IMG/VR virus record: IMGVR_UViG_3300045988_081724
Strand: one strand, 5' to 3'
Length of the DNA stretch: 61,211 nt
Source of the DNA: a virus
This document shows, piece by piece, positions 37,679-47,160 of this stretch; position 1 is the stretch's first letter, and each line of letters begins with the position of its first letter. Made by a program: the position numbers and the translations under genes. Under the pieces are notes generated by a model. It was not told the origin of the DNA. It did not search any database and saw only the letters and a list, made by a program, of their open reading frames with translations.

Positions 37679-39137
37679 TTTTCATCGCCTCTTGCTCTTC
37701 GGGACTATACCCCTCAATATCAGGTTCAGGAATTTTTGATGGATCAAGCGGCGTGTCATAAGCTACTAAATCGTCATATCCGCTATTCTTATCTTGAATG
37801 AGCTTATTTCTAATTTCATCTGCTCCGACTACGCCGAGACTTGCATAGATCGAATCGGTTTCAGCTTTGACTTTGTTTGTGTTCGCTTGTGCCATGTCAG
37901 CTTCATCTGACAACGGGGCAAATTTAAACTCAATATCGCTATCGATGCTTCCGTAAAGGTTGAGCTGAATAATTTCGAGAATCTTTTGAATGTTATCGCT
38001 AAACATTTGCTCTTGAAGGGATGCTATGTTGTCGTAGTGGTTCTTCATATCACTTTCACCCGTGGCATTGAATCCAGCAGGTGACATGCCCCACATCTTC
38101 GTGGCAGGTTCATTGAACATGGCAGCAACGTATTCCATTGCCTGCCTTACAATGTCGATAACCCCCGAAAGGGTGTTATTAAAGATAGCCATGTCTTCGG
38201 TGTCTTTATCGATAACAGCCATTCCTTCATAATCCCAATTATTCACGAAATACTGGCAACGGTTTTTCAGGTCAAGGTCGCCCCCGCCTGTCAAAACATC
38301 CTGCATGTCAGTTTTCAAAATGACGAGGCTGACCTTCTTTAATAACTTGCTTGCGCTCTCCCTGTCTGCGGTGTAGTGACTGACTGCATCAAGAACTTTT
38401 TGTGACAATGACATGCCAAAAAAGTTGTAAGCAGGTTTCAGCATATCTTCCATCTCGCTTTCTCGGAAGAATAGGAATCTGCTTGAGTGTACGGGAACGC
38501 CCTGAACATACCATACCGACGGCTTATAGTAGTTTTGTGATAATGGGTTAGTAGCGTTATATACACCGGGATAAACCGTATATGGATCTATTAACTTAAA
38601 GCCTTTCAGTGAACCAATAGGGAACGTCCTAGCATCGAATATAAGCGGATTAACCAGCTCGCTAGTTTCTTCTCCTGTATCAATAAAAAGGAGGCAGCCT
38701 CCGAGATACCCATTCTTTTCAGCTGCCATTCGGAACAGCTTCTTGACTTTGAACTTTACCAATGCCCGTGTGATTTCATTGATCGAATCATTATCTTCAT
38801 TGTCATTATCCCCGGTCCTAACCACTTCACCCCACTTACGAGTCATTTCTTTGGCTCTCATCTCAACCCCGCTTCGAATGAGTGGATTTTGGGATAATCC
38901 AGTTAGCATCGTGTATCCGGGGAATGACGGCAACCCTTCCTCTGATATTCCCTCTATCGTGTGCGAAAGCAATGTCCGTACAGGGGCAAAGCATTCATCC
39001 ATTGCCATTTTCTGCTTCCTGCTGAAATCAGGCTTGCCAATCGTGTCCGGGATTTGATACTTTTCAATCCTTGTATTAAATGCGCCATCCTTTCCCGGTT
39101 TAGTCCATCGAGACAAAATGTCAAATCGAATTTTCAC
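37665..39137 (-). CDS. Portal protein
   Basis: 490 aa immediately downstream of the terminase large subunit. Confidence 0.75.
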   Translation of the reverse strand: MKIRFDILSRWTKPGKDGAFNTRIEKYQIPDTIGKPDFSRKQKMAMDECFAPVRTLLSHTIEGISEEGLPSFPGYTMLTGLSQNPLIRSGVEMRAKEMTRKWGEVVRTGDNDNEDNDSINEITRALVKFKVKKLFRMAAEKNGYLGGCLLFIDTGEETSELVNPLIFDARTFPIGSLKGFKLIDPYTVYPGVYNATNPLSQNYYKPSVWYVQGVPVHSSRFLFFRESEMEDMLKPAYNFFGMSLSQKVLDAVSHYTADRESASKLLKKVSLVILKTDMQDVLTGGGDLDLKNRCQYFVNNWDYEGMAVIDKDTEDMAIFNNTLSGVIDIVRQAMEYVAAMFNEPATKMWGMSPAGFNATGESDMKNHYDNIASLQEQMFSDNIQKILEIIQLNLYGSIDSDIEFKFAPLSDEADMAQANTNKVKAETDSIYASLGVVGADEIRNKLIQDKNSGYDDLVAYDTPLDPSKIPEPDIEGYSPEEQEAMKNGKG

Positions 39138-39155
39138 TTTCTCACCCCTGTCTCT

Positions 39156-40568
39156 CTATCTCAAAATAATTGGATTGATTTTTATGCCTGTCCGGTTCAT
39201 TTTTTCAATAACACCAGTCAGTGCATCCTCTGCGTCATCGTGGGCGTTTTTCCCTTCCCGTTGGAACTTGTGGAGGTGGTCGTAGAACTCTGTCCACTTG
39301 TCTTGCCAGTTGGCGGGGAAAAAAATATGATCCATAACAGCCGTACTATTAGACAGTATCCTTGCCCTTTTGTTTTCACCTTGATGAAACCAACAAATCT
39401 TACACCGATGGTAGTGATAAGACTGTTTGAGTTGCTTCTCTACAGCCCTTGCAAAGCCTCGTCCACCGTTGTTTGATTCAATGTCGGCTATTCGGACATT
39501 AAAAGAAGCGAGGCGTTTTGCCGTCTCGCTCTCTGTGTATTCCATGGGCTTCTGCGTGTATAGAACATCTAAAACATAGGCATCGTTTTCATAAACACCA
39601 TAGATGATATTACAAAGGTAGTCGCTGCCTTCGTCGGCAGTATCGCAGTAGGATTTAACTGATGTAAATAACGGATAGCCAGCCATATCTCTTGGCACAT
39701 CCGTATAGGTTTTGAACGATGTATATAAACGCCCCTTGATGTCGATAGGTTCTTGCTGATAGTTAGCTGACCAAATGTCCAATCCCATAAGTCGCTTCTT
39801 TTGGTCGCAACTTTCTTTTGATAGGATGGACTCACATAGCATCGATCCGTCTTTTTGAACGGCGGTGTAATTGATATGTTCAACCTGTTCAGGCTTGAAA
39901 TAATCAAGCACTCTTCCTGCGAGGTCATCGCTTGCCCACCGTGTCATAATGACGATAATCTTTCCGCCCTCTTCTAAACGAGAAAGCATCGTGTTAGTAA
40001 ACCAATCCCAGTGCTTTTCTTTTACCATGTCGCTATACGCTTCTTGTGAGGACTTTATTAAATCGTCAATAACGAGATAGTCAGCACCGAATCCCGTAGC
40101 AGATCCTTGCGGAGATGTAGCGAGATAAGAATTGTAGTATCCATCAATGCTCCAAAGGTTCATTGCTCCATCGCCACTTTTGATTTTTACATCGGGAAAC
40201 ACATCACTATATACTATCTTATCCGCATCGCCCTTGATTTCTGAAATGTCATCACGAACTAGCTTGGAAAACCTCGTCGAAAGAATATCATTATATGAGC
40301 CCATCATAATCTTTTTGTCAGGGTAGTTACCTAGTAGCCATTCAATAAAATGGGACGCAGTAAAGCTCTTTCCGTGGCGCGGCGGCATATTTACTACCAT
40401 TGCTTTTTTATCCGACTTTGTAAACTCTTGTAGTTTCTCGCAAAATTCTTTGAGGTGTGTCCTTTCAGGACTGTAGAATTTAGGATTTTTTACACGACAA
40501 TAGAACCACAAAAAGCGCCTACATGCTTCGGTTTTAAAGTCGTAAACGCCTTGTGCTTCGTTCATCAT
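39156..40568 (-). CDS. terL: Terminase large subunit
   Basis: Walker A MPPRHGKSF; Walker B ADYLVIDD; TRWASDDL. Confidence 0.9.
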   Translation of the reverse strand: MMNEAQGVYDFKTEACRRFLWFYCRVKNPKFYSPERTHLKEFCEKLQEFTKSDKKAMVVNMPPRHGKSFTASHFIEWLLGNYPDKKIMMGSYNDILSTRFSKLVRDDISEIKGDADKIVYSDVFPDVKIKSGDGAMNLWSIDGYYNSYLATSPQGSATGFGADYLVIDDLIKSSQEAYSDMVKEKHWDWFTNTMLSRLEEGGKIIVIMTRWASDDLAGRVLDYFKPEQVEHINYTAVQKDGSMLCESILSKESCDQKKRLMGLDIWSANYQQEPIDIKGRLYTSFKTYTDVPRDMAGYPLFTSVKSYCDTADEGSDYLCNIIYGVYENDAYVLDVLYTQKPMEYTESETAKRLASFNVRIADIESNNGGRGFARAVEKQLKQSYHYHRCKICWFHQGENKRARILSNSTAVMDHIFFPANWQDKWTEFYDHLHKFQREGKNAHDDAEDALTGVIEKMNRTGIKINPIILR

Positions 40569-40570
40569 TT

Positions 40571-41065
40571 TCAGCTCCCTTTCTCGTCTAGAATTTTGTT
40601 CATTACCGCCTTGAGTTCTTCATCAGACAAGTGGCTGGCTGCATTTTCTTTATGTTGTGTTTCAATGTTTCCACCGATTGTTAATTTTTCGATGTACCCA
40701 CGCTTCTTGCCCCTACACTTCAAAAAAAATATAATGGCCGTCATGTTACCCTTTTGAACGGCTTCGAAAAGTTTGACCTCACCTAAATCCAAAAGTTTTT
40801 CTACGCCACGACCTGCTGCCTCTTTAAGTTTTGGGTTTCTTTTCATTCTCCCCGAAATGCTGCTTCGAGCGTATATAATTCCTTTGTTTTTCCTAAGCCA
40901 AACACTAGCCGCCTCTTGTACGCCACCGCTATTTTCGAGGGCTTCTTCCAGTTCTTCGTCGGTTGGTGTCTTTTTTATGGGGCTGTCAAATTGACGCGAG
41001 TTTTCTTTACCGTTGCTATCTAAGCCATTCGGTTTTCCTTTCGCTTTAATAGCTTTCTTTTCCAT
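40571..41065 (-). CDS. Terminase small subunit (tentative)
   Basis: 164 aa basic protein directly upstream of terL. Confidence 0.5.
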   Translation of the reverse strand: MEKKAIKAKGKPNGLDSNGKENSRQFDSPIKKTPTDEELEEALENSGGVQEAASVWLRKNKGIIYARSSISGRMKRNPKLKEAAGRGVEKLLDLGEVKLFEAVQKGNMTAIIFFLKCRGKKRGYIEKLTIGGNIETQHKENAASHLSDEELKAVMNKILDEKGS

Positions 41066-41092
41066 GTTCTACCTCCTTTCCTTCTCTTACTC

Positions 41093-41671
41093 CTATTCTT
41101 TCAGCATGTTTAAAAATCTTTCTTGGTTTTCCATACTGTTGAATATTCCGCTTGTCTCAAGTGTTACTGTTTTAGTTCCAGGCTTCTTGATACCTCTAGC
41201 GGTTACGCATGAGTGTTCTGCCTGTATTCTTACCGCTACGTCATTTCCTACTACCTTTGTCATGACTTCAAGAATGTCTTTCCCGAGTCGCTCCTGTAGT
41301 TGTAGGCGCTTTGCGCACATTTCCGCAATGCGTGCTACTTTTGATAATCCAATAACCTTGCCATTCGGCATGTAACCTACATCGACTTTCATGTTGTACA
41401 TTAGAGCAAGGTGGTGTTCGCAATATGAGAATACAGGGATTTCTTTTATTATAACGATACCTTTTGAGGTGGTAGGAAAGCTCTTACCAAACATTTTGGC
41501 AATATCATCGTTACTGTATTTTTCCCCTTCCCATACTTCATTTAGCATCTTTATTACTCGCTTAGGAGTTTCTTCAAGCCCCGGGTGTTTTTGTGGGTCA
41601 ATTTTCAATGCTAGTAGTAACGCAAAAATGGCGGCTTCTGCCGCTTTGTTATCTGTTTCCATGTTATACAC
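41093..41671 (-). CDS. folE: GTP cyclohydrolase I
   Basis: Motifs SYCEHHL and ...RLQLQERL... Confidence 0.85.
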   Translation of the reverse strand: MYNMETDNKAAEAAIFALLLALKIDPQKHPGLEETPKRVIKMLNEVWEGEKYSNDDIAKMFGKSFPTTSKGIVIIKEIPVFSYCEHHLALMYNMKVDVGYMPNGKVIGLSKVARIAEMCAKRLQLQERLGKDILEVMTKVVGNDVAVRIQAEHSCVTARGIKKPGTKTVTLETSGIFNSMENQERFLNMLKE

Positions 41672-42293
41672 CTCTTTCCATGGGATTCCATATAAATTTG
41701 TGAAGCTGGAGCTGAATACGCCAGTTTTGTAAATTGTGCTTCTTCATATACGCTACAATGTCTCTCGGCTCGATTTTACCGAACACCGGGCTTATATATA
41801 CCTGCGCTTTTGGGTCATACGTGCTATACACGTTATGGGCTTGATCGAGATCGTCCTGACTTCCTACTACGAATTTCAGTACATCCTGTTTCCTCAGTGC
41901 CCAAAAATTTTCCTCTAACATATGCTTGCTCATGCCGGAGCACCCACACTTGTAATCAATCGTAAACCATGCATTTTTATGTCGCATGTATGGGATAATT
42001 AAAATGCTACCGTTTGTCTCAATGTTAACATCATGCTCCGTAAGCCTATCCAGTAGCCCATGAACATCTTGAAATAACGGTTCTCCGCCTGTTAATGTAA
42101 CATTCTTGTAAGATACCTTTTTCACAATATCTTCGATTTCCATTTCTTCCCCTTCATTGAAGGTATATATAGAATCGCAGTACGTGCATCGAAGGTTACA
42201 TCCAGTTAGACGAATAAAGGACGTAAGCTCTCCAGCTCTACGCCCTTCTCCATCAATGCTATCAAAAATTTCGTTAACTTTAAGTTTCTTCAT
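41664..42293 (-). CDS. queE: 7-carboxy-7-deazaguanine synthase (radical SAM)
   Basis: CNLRCTYCD cluster near the N-terminus; size 209 aa. Confidence 0.8.
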   Translation of the reverse strand: MKKLKVNEIFDSIDGEGRRAGELTSFIRLTGCNLRCTYCDSIYTFNEGEEMEIEDIVKKVSYKNVTLTGGEPLFQDVHGLLDRLTEHDVNIETNGSILIIPYMRHKNAWFTIDYKCGCSGMSKHMLEENFWALRKQDVLKFVVGSQDDLDQAHNVYSTYDPKAQVYISPVFGKIEPRDIVAYMKKHNLQNWRIQLQLHKFIWNPMERGV

Positions 42294-42615
42294 AGATAGC
42301 CACGTTCCCTTCGCTTTCCTGTACCTGTACCTTTACGCAGTACGGAACGTTGTCATGAATCCATTTGGCAATGTTTTCCGCAGTTGGGTTCATGTTTGGC
42401 AGAACCTCATTTACATACTGATGATCTAAGTTCTCCTTTACTGCTTCACTAATGTGCTTGAAGTCTACGACCATGCCATTTTCATTGAGCGTTTCTGCTT
42501 TGCAGGTTACGTAGATAATCCAGTTATGCCCATGAAGATTACTGCACTTGCTTTTATATGGAAGTGTGAGCTTGTGTGCGCCAGCCACTTCCAGTCTTTT
42601 TGTCACTGTGTACAT
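42280..42615 (-). CDS. queD: 6-carboxy-5,6,7,8-tetrahydropterin synthase
   Basis: CSNLHGHNW motif; 111 aa. Confidence 0.8.
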   Translation of the reverse strand: MYTVTKRLEVAGAHKLTLPYKSKCSNLHGHNWIIYVTCKAETLNENGMVVDFKHISEAVKENLDHQYVNEVLPNMNPTAENIAKWIHDNVPYCVKVQVQESEGNVAIYEET

Positions 42616-42616
42616 T

Positions 42617-43324
42617 TCAGTCCTCCAATGCAGGGTCTTTTACACCATTTTTACGAAAAGCATTTGCTCTATCTATGCACGTTCCGCACGTCCCGCACGG
42701 CTTTTCTTTTCCTTCGTAGCAGCTCCAGGTTAGTTTATAAGGTGCATTCAGCTTTAATCCGACAGCCACCACACCGGCTTTATTCAACTTCGCAAGGGGG
42801 AATTTTAGATGAACTTTGCCATAAGTGCCAATTTTTATAGCTCTTCCCAACGCTTGCAAGAAAGGTTCGCTACAATCTGCATAAGCGTCTCCTGCTGCAT
42901 CATCTGCGTGTGCGCCGATATAAATATCAACCTCATCCTCCTCGAATAGACTTGCCGCGAGCGATGCAGCTGTCGAGAGCATAAGACCATTGCGGAACGG
43001 TACATAAGTTGAAACTTTGCCTTCTCCATTCTTGGCAATCTGCTCGGCATAGCTCTCGTGTATAATTTCTTCCGTGGAGCCCTTAAGAAGGGAGCAATTC
43101 GAATACTGGAAAATAGCAGAAAGATCAAACTCATAGTGCCGTACATGGTAGTACTCCGCAACCTTGCGTGCCGCAAGGATTTCCTTTTCGTGCTTCTGCC
43201 CATAAAAAATAGAAGCAGTCACTACATTTTCAGCACCTAATTCTTTAACTGCAATAGATACGCAAGTTGTGGAATCTACGCCACCGCTAGATAAAACAAT
43301 GGCTTTCTTATTTATTAAGTTCAT
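42617..43324 (-). CDS. queC: 7-cyano-7-deazaguanine synthase (start MNLINKK at 43324; the ORF extends to 43432)
   Basis: PP-loop SSGGVDS; C-terminal zinc site CGTCGTC. Confidence 0.85.
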   Translation of the reverse strand: MNLINKKAIVLSSGGVDSTTCVSIAVKELGAENVVTASIFYGQKHEKEILAARKVAEYYHVRHYEFDLSAIFQYSNCSLLKGSTEEIIHESYAEQIAKNGEGKVSTYVPFRNGLMLSTAASLAASLFEEDEVDIYIGAHADDAAGDAYADCSEPFLQALGRAIKIGTYGKVHLKFPLAKLNKAGVVAVGLKLNAPYKLTWSCYEGKEKPCGTCGTCIDRANAFRKNGVKDPALED

Positions 43325-43790
43325 GAATATATTCTTCTTTCCGATTTTTAACGAGCCCCAAATTATCCCCAGCGTTTGCAAAAGGCTTAATGCTGATGCC
43401 ACCCCTAGGATTGAACAAGCCATAGACCTCAATATATTTAGGGTCGAGCAATTTTTTTAAGTCTTTCATAATCATATTTACGCAATCTTCATGAAAGTCT
43501 CCGTTATTTCTGAAACTAAAAAGATACAGTTTTAGTGACTTGCTTTCGACAAGATAATTGCGCGGAATATAATTGATTATGATTGTTGCAAAATCCGGCT
43601 GTCCTGTTTTTGGGCAGAGACTTGTAAACTCTGGGCAATGTAAGTGAACCACATAATCATTGTCGGGATGTTTATTTTTAAATTTTTCTAATAAATTTGG
43701 ATCATACTCTTGCCTATATATGGTTTTTTTGCTTCCTAAAGAGTTAACGCCTTCCAACTCATTTAAGGTTCTCATAGATAATTCCTCCAC
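43308..43790 (-). CDS. queF: NADPH-dependent 7-cyano-7-deazaguanine reductase
   Basis: [15 protein letters not shown] and ESKSLKLY motifs. Confidence 0.8.
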   Translation of the reverse strand: MEELSMRTLNELEGVNSLGSKKTIYRQEYDPNLLEKFKNKHPDNDYVVHLHCPEFTSLCPKTGQPDFATIIINYIPRNYLVESKSLKLYLFSFRNNGDFHEDCVNMIMKDLKKLLDPKYIEVYGLFNPRGGISIKPFANAGDNLGLVKNRKEEYIHELNK

Positions 43791-44590
43791 TTTTCTTCAT
43801 ATTCCCTTTGCATCGCCATTCCTCTCTTATAAGCTTCAAGTTCAACTAGATCTCTATTCTTGGCGATTCTTATCCAGTCGCTATCAATTTTTCGCCCATC
43901 CATCACTGCATAGCGAACAGGCGAACTCCACGAACTACTATCAACAAAATCAAAAGGAACTTTATCTAACACATCACGGCGTGTCATGCCTAGACAATGC
44001 ATTTTGCAGCCATATTGTTTGGCTCTCTTCAAAAACATCAAATATTGGTCGTCTTTAATATCCTCATTTTTGAATCCTGATACGGCTATAATCTTTCCTT
44101 GGAAATCACGACACATTTTATTGAACTCCGCAATGCCGCGACCTTTGTGCCAAACTGGAATGATTTTATTTGAAACGTTCATTAGCTTTCTTCGCAATTC
44201 CAACACGCGCGGATAGCCAACAATAGCATCAATATCTATTTCAAAAAATCCTAAAATGTTCGGTTTGTCGAAAGTTTGAATAAATTTCGCATATTTGTCT
44301 ACGTATGTCTCCCATTCTACCCGCTTCCCTTTCTGGAAACTGTGCGCACCACTGTCAACTAGCATAAGTTCACTATTATCTCGGATACAAGTCGCACGTT
44401 TTAAAAAACCTGAATTTTTCAAATAGTAATAAGATACTAGATTATATTTAAGACGAAATGGCAAGTTTTTAACGTCTTTCAGCCATGAGTTTTCTGGACG
44501 TATCCCATGCTCTAACGAAGATAAAAATATTTTCATTAGAGCACCTTCTTGAAAAATGCTTTGCCCGCAATATGATGACACTTGGGACAC
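43772..44590 (-). CDS. dpdA: tRNA-guanine-transglycosylase-like protein (DpdA-like 7-deazaguanine DNA transglycosylase, inferred)
   Basis: [12 protein letters not shown] resembles the TGT DSGGFQ motif; context downstream of folE-queEDCF. Confidence 0.55.
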   Translation of the reverse strand: MSQVSSYCGQSIFQEGALMKIFLSSLEHGIRPENSWLKDVKNLPFRLKYNLVSYYYLKNSGFLKRATCIRDNSELMLVDSGAHSFQKGKRVEWETYVDKYAKFIQTFDKPNILGFFEIDIDAIVGYPRVLELRRKLMNVSNKIIPVWHKGRGIAEFNKMCRDFQGKIIAVSGFKNEDIKDDQYLMFLKRAKQYGCKMHCLGMTRRDVLDKVPFDFVDSSSWSSPVRYAVMDGRKIDSDWIRIAKNRDLVELEAYKRGMAMQREYEEKWRNYL

Positions 44591-45042
44591 TCTAGCCTAT
44601 CCTTGCTTGGTTCTTCATAGGATTCTTCATCTAATTCGTGTACATCATCCCATTTAATGCTATCTCCTACCTCAAAGCCAAAATCACCGAGGTCTATATT
44701 CTCTATTCCTTCAATTTCTAAATTGAGTTTTTCAAAATCCCATTCTGCTAGTTCGTTTGTTTTATTGTCCGCCAGTCTAAAAGCCTTGATTTGTTCATCT
44801 GTTAAATCGTTAGCAATGATACATGGTACAGTTTCCATGCCTAGTTGAATTGCTGCTTTCAGTCTCGTATGTCCGCATACAATCACATCATTTGAATCAA
44901 TAACGATCGGCACTTTGAACCCAAACTCTCGAATTGAGTTTGCTACAGCTTCCACGGCGTTGTCGTTCTTTCGCGGATTATTTTCATACGCTTTAAGTTC
45001 GCCGACCTTCTTCTCTACAATTTCCATAATTCGTCCCTCCAA
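44536..45042 (-). CDS. ParB-like nuclease domain protein (possible DpdB-like partner)
   Basis: VIVCGHTRLKAA ParB/Srx motif; RBS GGAGGGA. Confidence 0.65.
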   Translation of the reverse strand: MEGRIMEIVEKKVGELKAYENNPRKNDNAVEAVANSIREFGFKVPIVIDSNDVIVCGHTRLKAAIQLGMETVPCIIANDLTDEQIKAFRLADNKTNELAEWDFEKLNLEIEGIENIDLGDFGFEVGDSIKWDDVHELDEESYEEPSKDRLECPKCHHIAGKAFFKKVL

Positions 45043-45050
45043 TAAAAAAC

Positions 45051-45080
45051 CTACGACTAAACGCCGTAGGAGTTAAATTT
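45051..45080. terminator. Rho-independent terminator at the end of the tRNA array, 10 nt upstream of the ParB-like/late operon start
   Basis: Hairpin CCTACG-N9-CGTAGG with TTTTTTATT on the minus strand. Confidence 0.6.
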
Positions 45081-45244
45081 GACCTGCCCTGTTTTCCGAT
45101 ATCAAAGAAAATCATTGGTTTAGCAGCAAAAAACATAAGATAAAAGTATTAGGCACAACATATCGACTTATGCTTTGTTACAAGGCAGGTGTTAAGTTGT
45201 AATGCGGTTTCACATGGATGCTAATGTATGCTAGACCGCGCTAG

Positions 45245-45314
45245 GGTTAGGAATGGATTTGAACCATTATTTGGCGATTTCAGGTCGCCCGTTTTACCAT
45301 TAAACTACCTAACC
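45245..45314 (-). tRNA. tRNA (70 nt, no encoded CCA); anticodon loop CCUGAAA, apparent anticodon UGA with non-canonical C33 and a short variable arm; identity uncertain
   Basis: Manual cloverleaf: acceptor GGTTAGG/CCTAACC, D-arm GTTT-AATGGTA-AAAC, anticodon stem GGCGA/TCGCC, T-arm AATGG-TTCAAAT-CCATT. Confidence 0.5.
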
Positions 45315-45426
45315 ATGCAGTGCCTCTAATGTACACTCATCATGAATACATAAGAGGCAAACATTGAGGGGGTGTAAACGGTGGATCAGTCCCTCTCCAG
45401 TGGAGAAACCTTACACTCATTTACAT

Positions 45427-45490
45427 TGGTGAGCAGCACTAGATTTGAACTAGCAAAGTCTTTTGACCGCAAATTTACGGTTAGCTACTC
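45427..45490 (-). pseudogene. Truncated tRNA-like element: duplicate of the 3' part of the adjacent tRNA-Tyr (T-arm, acceptor, CCA) with no anticodon arm
   Basis: Shares GTCAAAAGACTT-CTAGTTCAAATCTAGTGCTGC-CACCA with 45512-45594; 64 nt. Confidence 0.4.
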
Positions 45491-45511
45491 TATACTCCCT
45501 AGTCGCATACA

Positions 45512-45594
45512 TGGTGGGCAGCACTAGATTTGAACTAGTGAAGTCTTTTGACTCAGACTTACGGTCTGTCCTTTAGCCGCTTGGATAGCTGCCC
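45512..45594 (-). tRNA. tRNA-Tyr(GUA)-like, class II (long variable arm), anticodon loop CCGUAAG with C33
   Basis: Acceptor GGGCAGC/GCTGCCC plus ACCA; D-loop AAGCGGCTAAA; T-arm CACTAG?TTCAAAT. Confidence 0.55.
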
Positions 45595-45629
45595 ATGTAT
45601 TGTAAACCATTTTCGCGATACTACGAAAA

Positions 45630-45705
45630 TGGTGGGGACAGCAGGACTTGAACCCACATCGAAGCGGTTATGAGCCGCTTGCTTTACCATTTAAGCTATA
45701 TCCCC
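45630..45705 (-). tRNA. tRNA-Met(CAU) (elongator type; could be Ile2)
   Basis: 76 nt including CCA; anticodon stem AGCGG/CCGCT; loop CUCAUAA. Confidence 0.7.
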
Positions 45706-45717
45706 AAAGACGCATTG

Positions 45718-45780
45718 TGGGTTTGGAAGGACTTGAACCCTCGACACAAAATCGCTCTAGCCAACTGAGCTACAAACCCA
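45718..45780 (-). ncRNA. 63-nt tRNA-like element with acceptor, D-arm and T-arm but no anticodon arm
   Basis: GGGTTTG-TA-GCTCAGTTGGCTAGAGC-GATTTTGTGTC-GAGGGTTCAAGTCCTTC-CAAACCC-A. Confidence 0.4.
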
Positions 45781-46543
45781 TATGCAAGGCAAGCTCGTGG
45801 CTCACCTTGCACTTATCATTCGGAGGAAACCGAATCTTCATGCCGAGCAAAACAGGTCGTCGCCCCTCTTTTGCTCATGTAAAGGGTAAAACGGGTAGTT
45901 AGCCGATTTCACCCACATATGCGCTCTACGCCCGCACAAGCGCAGAGCTAACTTTCCTTAGCCAAGAAACATTTAAGCGGCGCAGCCTAGTTTTTCCCAA
46001 TGACGGCTACACTTCATGAGTACGATAACCCGATAGTACGTCCGGCACATGTGAACCCATCAAAAGTTCGCTTTAGAATTAGTTGAGAGCGTGTTCACAC
46101 TGTTGCTTCCCCTAACGTTGGGAACTTTTAGCATCCACGACTGCTCCAACACTCCGCAGCAGAGTATTTTCCTTTTTACGTTAGACCCGAAGGAAGAAAC
46201 GCCGTTTTTCTGTGCATGAGCTTAACGATAACTCTCCACTCCGGTAAGTGGAACCCCCTGTTTAGAGCCTTAGAAACAGCACTAGTACCGTCCCATGCAT
46301 GCAGGGACACGCTTTTTCGTAGGTGTAGCGCGCACCGGACACTTTTAAGGTGCTCCGAACCATCCTTCCATTTTCGTAAGGAAACTTTAGCACGCCACTC
46401 TATCGCTGTGGATTGCGCTCTGTCCTTTATACTGATGACATGCTGTCAGCCGCACGCTACATTTTTGCCATGGCATGTTGTGCGGAGCTGGTGGGAGTCA
46501 TTTATACTCGCCCCCCGGAGAGTGCTGCCTTTTCGGCAACCAT

Positions 46544-46617
46544 TGGCAGGGAGTGATGGAATCGAACCATCGATGCAGGAGTCAAATTCCCGTGCCTTAC
46601 CTCTTGGCGAACCCCCT
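46544..46617 (-). tRNA. tRNA-Gln(UUG)
   Basis: 74 nt including CCA; anticodon stem CGGGA/TCCTG; loop AUUUGAC; T-arm GATGG-TTCGATT-CCATC. Confidence 0.7.
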
Positions 46618-46723
46618 ATAATTCCATGTAGTTATTGCTACATGGAGTGATACCGCAACGATATTACGCGCTCCCATGCGGTTAGGATACGCCCCTATAT
46701 TTTAAGCCACTTGGGTAGGCTAT

Positions 46724-46815
46724 TGGCGGATACAGTAGGATTTGCACCTACGAGCGGCTTACAATCCGCTTCTTGCTTAGCAGGCAAGCACCTTCGACTA
46801 CTCGGTCATGTATCC
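46724..46815 (-). tRNA. tRNA-Ser(GCU)
   Basis: 92 nt; anticodon stem CTTGC/GCAAG; loop CUGCUAA; long variable arm; CCA encoded. Confidence 0.7.
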
Positions 46816-46816
46816 A

Positions 46817-46905
46817 TGGCGGAAGCGGTAGGATTCGAACCTACGCCCAGTTTCCCAGCTCTCTGTTTTCAAGACAGTTCCCTTTGACCTCTTGGGTACG
46901 CTTCC
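46817..46905 (-). tRNA. tRNA-Ser(UGA)
   Basis: 89 nt; loop CUUGAAA; long variable arm GAGCTGGGAAACTGGGC; T-arm GTAGG-TTCGAAT-CCTAC; CCA encoded. Confidence 0.7.
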
Positions 46906-47099
46906 ATGCGACAAGGTGTGTTGCTTCACCTTGTCAGATTTGTGGAGGTGTCATGCCACTAGGCATGACCACAAGGAAGAAAGCCAATTCTTTTTTTTGC
47001 GGAAACGCTTAGAAGTATTCTCGCTTGATAGAATGGAACTCGCAAATGCTTATTCGTTGGCTACAATAATTATAACATATGATTATACCGTAAATCTTC

Positions 47100-47160
47100 T
47101 ACGGTTTTTCTAAATATTTACAGCATATTCTGAAAGTGATTTATTCCTATATGTTGCTTC
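47100..47160 (-). promoter_or_regulatory. Degenerate copy of the promoter cassette upstream of the tRNA array (AATCACTTTCAGAATATGCTGTAAATAT..., TATAAT further downstream)
   Basis: Partial identity to the AATCACTTTACAAATCAGGCAAAATGTAGTAATAT core. Confidence 0.3.

Noticed and set aside
45781-46543. RNase P RNA or tmRNA
   Set aside because: Fragments such as AAAGGGTAAAACGGG and TTTCACC weakly recall M1 RNA, but they fall on the strand that would overlap tRNA genes. No P4 or tag-reading-frame cores could be matched by eye.
46216-46650. 144-aa plus-strand ORF, and others at 45648-45902 and 46773-47113
   Set aside because: They overlap tRNA genes and the structured non-coding stretch. The translations are non-protein-like (Arg/Cys/Pro-rich).
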